Positions 27,114-32,000 of a stretch of 32,000 nucleotides of DNA are shown piece by piece. Position 1 is the first letter of the stretch, and each line of letters begins with the position of its first letter. Location of the stretch: NCBI RefSeq assembly GCF_003609645.1, contig NZ_MCIB01000002.1:33698-65697 (forward strand), read 5' to 3'. Source of the DNA: Thermohalobacter berrensis. Its GTDB lineage: Bacteria > Bacillota > Clostridia > Tissierellales > Thermohalobacteraceae. The notes under the pieces were generated by a model, which saw only the letters and a program-made list of their open reading frames with translations, did no database searches and was not told the DNA's origin. The translations under genes were made by a program, and so were the position numbers.

Positions 27114-27129
27114 ATTTAGATTTTTTTTA

Positions 27130-27363
27130 TTATCTTTGTGTTCCGCCAGTAGTTCCACTCATGTTTCTTTGAGCTTGCTCAACTAATCTCTTAGTCATGT
27201 AACCTCCAACATAACCATTTTGTCTTGCTGTAAGGTTACCTTTATCCATTCCTTCATAATTTGATAATCCAAGCTCATTAGCTATTTCAGTTTTCATTTG
27301 ATTAAGAGCTTGACGAGCCTCAGGAACTACTATTCTATTTCTTCCTGTTCTGTTATTAGCCAA
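27130..27363 (-). CDS. Alpha/beta-type small acid-soluble spore protein
   Basis: KTEIANELGL and NGYVGGYMTKRLVEQAQ motifs. TTG start with SD GGAGGAG. Confidence 0.85.
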   Translation of the reverse strand: MANNRTGRNRIVVPEARQALNQMKTEIANELGLSNYEGMDKGNLTARQNGYVGGYMTKRLVEQAQRNMSGTTGGTQR

Positions 27364-27524
27364 TCTAAACTCCTCCTTCTTTTTAATGTTTTATTATTCT
27401 GTTGTAGTAATATTATGTGTAGCATTCATGATAATAAACGATGTAATTTTATGTATTAGTGGTTAGATGTATAAAAACATGAATAAATACTAATAAAATA
27501 TAAATTATGGTTAAAAAGAAAAAA

Positions 27525-28076
27525 CTAGAATAAAATCATTTTTATTCCAAACAAAATCAGTATTATTCCACCTATAAAATCAGCATAATAACTGATAAAT
27601 TTAATATTTCTTACATGTTTAGAAATTATGAAGGATATACCTGTTAGGAAAGAGGTTATTGAACCTACAATAGCTGAATTTATAAACAAAGAATATATGG
27701 TTTTAAAGCCATTAAAAGATGAAAAGCCTATTACTAAAGCATCTATACTAACACAAATACCTAAAACTATAGAGAGACACCAATGAAAGTTTATTATGCC
27801 CTGTTTGTTAGAGTAACCATCTTTAAGCATTAATATTCCAACAAATAGAATAATTGTTCCACCTACAACTGATGGAAGCGTAAAAATATATCTATTGAAC
27901 AAATTTCCACTATATCCACCTATAAAGGCAAACAAAAACTGAAAAAATCCGAAGGACAATGTAAAAAGAAAAGCCCTTCTCTTATTAATTCTTCTATCTA
28001 AACCTAGAGATATAGCTACTCCAAATGCATCTAGTGCTAAAGCAAGAGAAATTATTATTACCTCTAATAATGACAA
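27525..28076 (-). CDS. mntP: Manganese efflux pump MntP (DUF204 family)
   Basis: Two DUF204 repeats (LALALDAFGVAISLG and VSIDALVIGFS), six TM helices, 183 aa. Confidence 0.8.
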   Translation of the reverse strand: MSLLEVIIISLALALDAFGVAISLGLDRRINKRRAFLFTLSFGFFQFLFAFIGGYSGNLFNRYIFTLPSVVGGTIILFVGILMLKDGYSNKQGIINFHWCLSIVLGICVSIDALVIGFSSFNGFKTIYSLFINSAIVGSITSFLTGISFIISKHVRNIKFISYYADFIGGIILILFGIKMILF

Positions 28077-28215
28077 AAAAATCCCTCCTAAAGGAAAGTA
28101 ACCTTGAACCTTTTCTAAAATTAAAGACTTTTTATAAAAATATATTATATTTACATCAAAAATATGGTAATTATATTTGGTTTTATAAGAATAATATAAA
28201 ATTTTAACAATATTT

Positions 28216-28342
28216 ATATATAAAAAAGTCTTCTATTAAAAATAAAAGATTCTCAAGGTTGATTTTTTTTGAAACACATGATGGAAATTATATTTTATCC
28301 ACAATTTTTATTTGATTATAATTTCATATGTGTTATAAAAAA
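28216..28342 (-). repeat. Dispersed ~125-nt structured intergenic repeat, copy C (upstream of mntP, minus orientation)
   Basis: The reverse complement aligns to copies A and B. It fills much of the divergent mntP / DtxR-family intergenic region. Confidence 0.85.
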
Positions 28343-28359
28343 GTAAAAAGGATGGTAGT

Positions 28360-28794
28360 ATGTTATCTCCTAGTTTAGAAGATTATCTTGAAGAAGTATA
28401 TAGGCTTTCACTTAACAATAAAGAGATAAGAATAAAGGATATAGCTGACTGTCTTCAAGTTTCAATGCCATCTGTAGTAAAAGGACTTAAAAGACTTCAT
28501 AATCAGGGATATATAGTATATAGACCATACCAGAGGATAGAAGTTTTAGATAAAGGCAAAAAGAAAGGGAAATTTTTAATTGAGAGGAATAAAATATTGA
28601 GGGAATTTGTAAAAATTATTGGTTCTGATTGTGATATAAAACAAGAGGCAGAGGCTATGGAACACTATTTTAGTGTATCGACTATAAAGGCAATAGAAAA
28701 GTTGGTAAAATTTTTAAAGGAGAGAGATGACGTATTAAATGATTTTAAAAGTTTTAAGATACAAAGTATAATAGATGATAATATTTCAACATAA
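28360..28794 (+). CDS. DtxR/MntR-family metal-dependent transcriptional regulator
   Basis: N-terminus LSPSLEDYLEEVYRL, HTH IKDIADCLQVSMPSVVKGLKRL, and a dimerisation helix region. Confidence 0.85.
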   Translation: MLSPSLEDYLEEVYRLSLNNKEIRIKDIADCLQVSMPSVVKGLKRLHNQGYIVYRPYQRIEVLDKGKKKGKFLIERNKILREFVKIIGSDCDIKQEAEAMEHYFSVSTIKAIEKLVKFLKERDDVLNDFKSFKIQSIIDDNIST

Positions 28795-28795
28795 A

Positions 28796-28834
28796 AAGGG
28801 CAAAGGTGTAATCGAATAAACCTTGCCCTTATTT
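28796..28834. terminator. Terminator between the convergent DtxR-family and feoB genes
   Basis: Imperfect hairpin AGGGCAAAGG / CCTTGCCCT followed by TATTT. Confidence 0.5.
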
Positions 28835-28837
28835 AAA

Positions 28838-30235
28838 TCATACTAAACCTAGAAGATTAGTAGTAATATTTATTATAAAAGTAACTAAAACTGCAGTGGC
28901 TGTAGTTATTAAAAATGTGAAAAACGGCCATTTAAGACTATTTGTTTCTTTTCTAATAGTCAATAGTGTAGTTCCACAGGGAAAATGCAATAATGAGAAA
29001 AGCATAAAATTTAAACCTGTTACCCAAGTCCAACCATTATTAATTAATAAATTTTTTAAAGCAGTTAAGCTATCAAGTTCTAACATGGCCCCTTGAGACA
29101 TATAGCTCATTATTAAAATTGGAAGAACTATTTCATTAGCAGGTAATCCCAATATAAAGGCCATTAATATAAAACCGTCTAGCCCTAATAACTTTCCAAG
29201 TGGGTCTAAAAAACTTGCTGCATGATTTAATATACTTACATCACCTATTGTTATGTTTGCTACTAGCCAAGTAATTGCTCCAGCAGGAGCAGCAACCATA
29301 ACTGCACGCCCTAAAACAAATAAAGTTCTATCAATTAGTGACCTTATTAATATCCTTCCAACCTGTGGTTTCCTATAAGGTGGAAGTTCCAGCGTAAAGG
29401 ATGAGGGAACTCCCTTTAAGAAAGTTTTAGATAAAAACTTTGAAACTAAAAGTGTTACAAGAATTCCTATTAAAATCATACTAACAACTGATAATGAGGC
29501 GAATACAGAGCTAAAATGACTAGCTGCTAAGGAACCCATAAATATCATTGAGATAGCAATAAGGGTTGGAAATCTACCATTACAAGGTACATAATTGTTA
29601 GTAATTATTGCAATTAACCGCTCCCTAGGTGAATCAATTATTCTACAGGCTACTATACCTGCTGCATTACATCCAAAACCCATACTCATAGTTAGAGCCT
29701 GTTTTCCATGGGCTCCAGCTTTCCTAAAAAGGTTATCTAAATTAAAGGCTACTCGAGGTAAATATCCTAAATCCTCCATAAGTGTAAATAGTGGAAAGAA
29801 TATTGCCATTGGTGGCAGCATTACTGATACAACCCATGCCAAAGTTCTATACATGCCTAATACAAGCAAACCGTGGAGCCACTTAGGGGCGTTTAGAGAT
29901 ATAAAGAATTCTGTAAGTTCACCTTCTATACCAAATAAAATTGAAGCTAAGACTTCTGATGGGTAGTTAGCACCCTGTATAGTTATCCAAAATACTACCC
30001 CTAAGAGAATAAGCATAATAGGATAACCTGTAATTTTTGATGTTAAAATTTTATCTACTTTTTTATCCCAGTCTACTTTTTTTTCATCATTAACTGTTAC
30101 AACGTCCTTTGCAATTTTTTCTGCCTTTTGATATATTGAAGTTACTATATTATCACCAAATGATGGATTGTTATTTATTTTATCATTGACGAGTTTTTCT
30201 ATTTTATTATAAGATTTTTGAGGTGTATTATTCAT
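28838..30235 (-). CDS. feoB: Ferrous iron transporter FeoB, membrane (nucleoside-recognition/gate) part
   Basis: Polytopic sequence typical of the FeoB C-terminal portion. ATG 30235 has SD GGAGGG 7 nt upstream and overlaps the G-domain ORF stop (ATGAATAA). Confidence 0.85.
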   Translation of the reverse strand: MNNTPQKSYNKIEKLVNDKINNNPSFGDNIVTSIYQKAEKIAKDVVTVNDEKKVDWDKKVDKILTSKITGYPIMLILLGVVFWITIQGANYPSEVLASILFGIEGELTEFFISLNAPKWLHGLLVLGMYRTLAWVVSVMLPPMAIFFPLFTLMEDLGYLPRVAFNLDNLFRKAGAHGKQALTMSMGFGCNAAGIVACRIIDSPRERLIAIITNNYVPCNGRFPTLIAISMIFMGSLAASHFSSVFASLSVVSMILIGILVTLLVSKFLSKTFLKGVPSSFTLELPPYRKPQVGRILIRSLIDRTLFVLGRAVMVAAPAGAITWLVANITIGDVSILNHAASFLDPLGKLLGLDGFILMAFILGLPANEIVLPILIMSYMSQGAMLELDSLTALKNLLINNGWTWVTGLNFMLFSLLHFPCGTTLLTIRKETNSLKWPFFTFLITTATAVLVTFIINITTNLLGLV

Positions 30236-31004
30236 ATAGTTTCCCTCCAATTCCCTTAGAACTTTTTATAGTTATAATGTCTTTAATTGAATTGATTATT
30301 GCTTTATCACCATCTATAAGTCTAAGGGCTAGCCATCTAGTATTAAACTGACTTCCCAAAATCTTTACCAGTTCTTTTTCGATTTCTTTTACTGTAGATT
30401 CAATTTGTTCATTATATTTTAATTTAAAGGGATTAGTTTTTATTTCCCCATTAGTCATTTTATATATAGTTTCAAGAAGTCTACCTATACCTTTTTCTTC
30501 TCTAGCTATTGTAGGAATTACTGGAACGCCTAACTTTTCCTCTAATTTTTTTACATCTATTTCTAGCCCCTTTCTTTTAGCTTCATCCATAAGGTTTAAG
30601 CATACTATAACTTTATCTGTTATTTCCATTACTTGAAGGACTAGATTTAGATTTCTTTCTAAGCAAGTTGAATCAGTAATTACTATAGTTATTTCAGGAT
30701 TTCCAAAACAAATAAAATCCCTTGCTACCTCTTCATCTGTAGAATTAGCTAATAAGGAATAGGTTCCAGGTAAATCAACTATTAAAAACTCCTTACCTTT
30801 ATACTTGAATGTTCCCTTAGCATTAGTTACAGTTTTTCCAGGCCAGTTACCTGTATGCTGGTTTAAGCCAGTAAGGGCATTAAATAAAGTACTTTTACCA
30901 GTATTGGGGTTTCCAGCTAAGGCTATAACTGTTTTATTGTCCGTTTCAATATCAAATTTTTGCTTTAATAAAGATAATCCAGTAGATTGATTAGTAAGAC
31001 CCAT
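30228..31004 (-). CDS. feoB: Ferrous iron transporter FeoB, N-terminal GTPase (G-domain plus helical domain) as a separate ORF
   Basis: G1 GNPNTGKST, G3 DLPG, G4 NLMD. Confidence 0.9.
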   Translation of the reverse strand: MGLTNQSTGLSLLKQKFDIETDNKTVIALAGNPNTGKSTLFNALTGLNQHTGNWPGKTVTNAKGTFKYKGKEFLIVDLPGTYSLLANSTDEEVARDFICFGNPEITIVITDSTCLERNLNLVLQVMEITDKVIVCLNLMDEAKRKGLEIDVKKLEEKLGVPVIPTIAREEKGIGRLLETIYKMTNGEIKTNPFKLKYNEQIESTVKEIEKELVKILGSQFNTRWLALRLIDGDKAIINSIKDIITIKSSKGIGGKLYE

Positions 31005-31006
31005 AT

Positions 31007-31297
31007 TTAGCTCTCCCCTTTATCTATAATTTCAACAACAACATTTCTAGTTTCTTCTTTCCTAAGAGCTATTACTGAACCTCTAATATTGTAAGCAATT
31101 GGATTGCCTAATGGGCTTATTAACTCAGTTTTAACTATTGAGTTGGGAATAAGGCCTAAGTCTAGCAACCTTCTTCTTTTTTGACCACTATTTAATAATT
31201 TTCTTACTCTTCCTTTTTTACCTACTGGAAGATTATGAAGTAATACTTCTTTTTTTTCATTTTCAACAAAAGGAATTGACTTGCTAACAAGTTCCAT
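31007..31297 (-). CDS. feoA: FeoA family protein
   Basis: SH3-like FeoA pattern (RRRLLDLGLIPNS...GNPIAYNIRGSVIALRKEE), 2 nt upstream of the feoB G-domain ORF. Confidence 0.85.
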   Translation of the reverse strand: MELVSKSIPFVENEKKEVLLHNLPVGKKGRVRKLLNSGQKRRRLLDLGLIPNSIVKTELISPLGNPIAYNIRGSVIALRKEETRNVVVEIIDKGES

Positions 31298-31331
31298 ACT
31301 ACTCCCTCCTTGTATTTATATAAAGGCGATT

Positions 31332-31348
31332 ATTAGCTTTGGCTAACA
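31332..31348. promoter_or_regulatory. Candidate metalloregulator operator, site 1 (upstream of feoA)
   Basis: ATTAGCTTTGGCTAACA contains the palindrome TTAGC-N4-GCTAA and matches the second site in 13 of 17 positions. Confidence 0.35.
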
Positions 31349-31370
31349 ATTGTACAAATAAAAAATTTAA

Positions 31371-31387
31371 ATTAGACTAAGCTAACA
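31371..31387. promoter_or_regulatory. Candidate metalloregulator operator, site 2 (upstream of feoA)
   Basis: ATTAGACTAAGCTAACA, with a loose resemblance to DtxR/IdeR-type TTAGG..CTAA boxes. Confidence 0.3.
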
Positions 31388-31461
31388 CTTACTAAAACCT
31401 TATTTTCTACTGTCATTATATGGTCAAGTACTAAATTATGTTACTTGTATTCTTTAAAAAT

Positions 31462-31508
31462 AAAAAAGTGTCAAACCATCATCTTAAAATGGTTTGACAC
31501 TTTCTTTT
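31462..31508. terminator. Bidirectional terminator downstream of the second SASP gene
   Basis: 13-bp stem AGTGTCAAACCAT / ATGGTTTGACACT flanked by A- and T-runs. Confidence 0.7.
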
Positions 31509-31517
31509 GCAATCCAA

Positions 31518-31691
31518 TTAATATTTATTTGCTAAGTCTTTCTGAGCCATTTCTATTGCTTTTTTTACAATATTCCCGCAGTTTCTAGATGATACTGAAC
31601 CCCAGCCTTCATTTTTTACGGTATCATATACACCTAAATCTTTAGCAATTTCGTATTTAAGCTCATCAGACATAAATTGTTTTCTTGCCAT
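31518..31691 (-). CDS. Alpha/beta-type small acid-soluble spore protein (57 aa, absent from the ORF track)
   Basis: Manual translation: MARKQFMSDELKYEIAKDLGVYDTVKNEGWGSVSSRNCGNIVKKAIEMAQKDLANKY. It has the KYEIA motif and SD GGGGAG 9 nt upstream. Confidence 0.8.
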   Translation of the reverse strand: MARKQFMSDELKYEIAKDLGVYDTVKNEGWGSVSSRNCGNIVKKAIEMAQKDLANKY

Positions 31692-31721
31692 AAATTTTTT
31701 CTCCCCTTATTTTAATAAGGA

Positions 31722-31748
31722 AAATAGAGTGTATAAAACACTCTATTT
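31722..31748 (-). terminator. Terminator downstream of the third SASP gene
   Basis: Hairpin AATAGAGTGT / ACACTCTATT with a T-rich tail on the minus strand. Confidence 0.5.
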
Positions 31749-31840
31749 ATAGTTTCTTAATTTATAGCATAAAATATACTTTTATATTTTGTATTAATAT
31801 TTATTTATTTCTAAAATTCATAAAAATTGAAGTTATAATT

Positions 31841-32000
31841 TTATTGATTATTATTCATTAGGTCTCTTTCAGCTTGTTCTATCATTCTTTTTACCATGTA
31901 TCCACCAACATATCCTGCATATTTACCGCCATTTTCCAAAGCCTTTCGTGTAACAGGATCTATATCGGGATTATCTCCTATATTTTCTAAACCTAGTTCA
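31841..32000 (-). CDS. Alpha/beta-type small acid-soluble spore protein (N-terminus outside window)
   Basis: Manual translation: ...ELGLENIGDNPDIDPVTRKALENGGKYAGYVGGYMVKRMIEQAERDLMNNNQ, then stop at 31841-31843. Confidence 0.75.
   Translation of the reverse strand, partial: ELGLENIGDNPDIDPVTRKALENGGKYAGYVGGYMVKRMIEQAERDLMNNNQ

Noticed and set aside
27364-27520. Sigma-G-type forespore promoter upstream of the first SASP gene.
   Set aside because: GAATG and CATAATA-like elements occur, but not at the required 17-18-nt spacing in any combination I could align, so I am not calling it.
1-32000. CRISPR arrays, tRNA or rRNA genes, and IS transposases.
   Set aside because: There are no regularly spaced short repeats, no cloverleaf-like GC-rich 70-90-nt segments and no transposase-like ORFs. 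The only recombinase is the decayed integrase.

Overview
Very AT-rich chromosomal segment from a spore-forming, Clostridia-like Firmicute. It carries three alpha/beta-type SASP genes and envelope genes of the kind often linked to sporulation.

The flanks are ordinary core genes:
- Left flank: isocitrate dehydrogenase family (partial), GntR regulator, MscS channel, CE4 polysaccharide deacetylase, AI-2E transporter, L,D-transpeptidase.
- Right flank: metH, LicT-type antiterminator with RAT/terminator and PTS EIIA, crcB, ferritin, mntP, DtxR-family regulator, feoA plus a two-gene feoB, and SASPs.

The centre (7056-21676) is a 14.6-kb insertion bracketed by perfect 154-bp direct repeats (6902-7055 and 21677-21830). 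The repeats duplicate the last 72 nt of the L,D-transpeptidase gene plus the 82-nt metH leader. I read this as an integrated defence island that can no longer move.
- Module A is a tightly packed seven-gene Type I R-M operon: hsdM, an 86-aa membrane ORF, hsdS, a 276-aa unknown ORF coupled to the hsdS stop, hsdR, a DUF45/YgjP HExxH peptidase, and a 488-aa TIR/SEFIR-like protein with an uncharacterised C-terminal domain.
- A tyrosine integrase follows. It is inactivated by an in-frame TAA and a 3' truncation, and a degenerate third att-like site lies next to it.
- Module B holds an OLD-family ATPase/Toprim nuclease broken by three frameshifts, an Mrr-like PD-(D/E)xK nuclease with an unknown N-terminal domain and an A8-tract frameshift near its 3' end, and a 92-aa membrane protein.

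The best candidates for something undescribed are the four non-canonical passengers in the Type I operon. The strongest are the ORF between hsdS and hsdR and the DUF45 plus TIR/SEFIR pair.

Separately, a ~125-nt structured repeat occurs three times. Each copy faces the downstream gene (mscS, PTS EIIA, mntP), and the copies show compensatory base changes.

All calls rest on reading motifs in the supplied translations and on manual alignment. No database search was possible.
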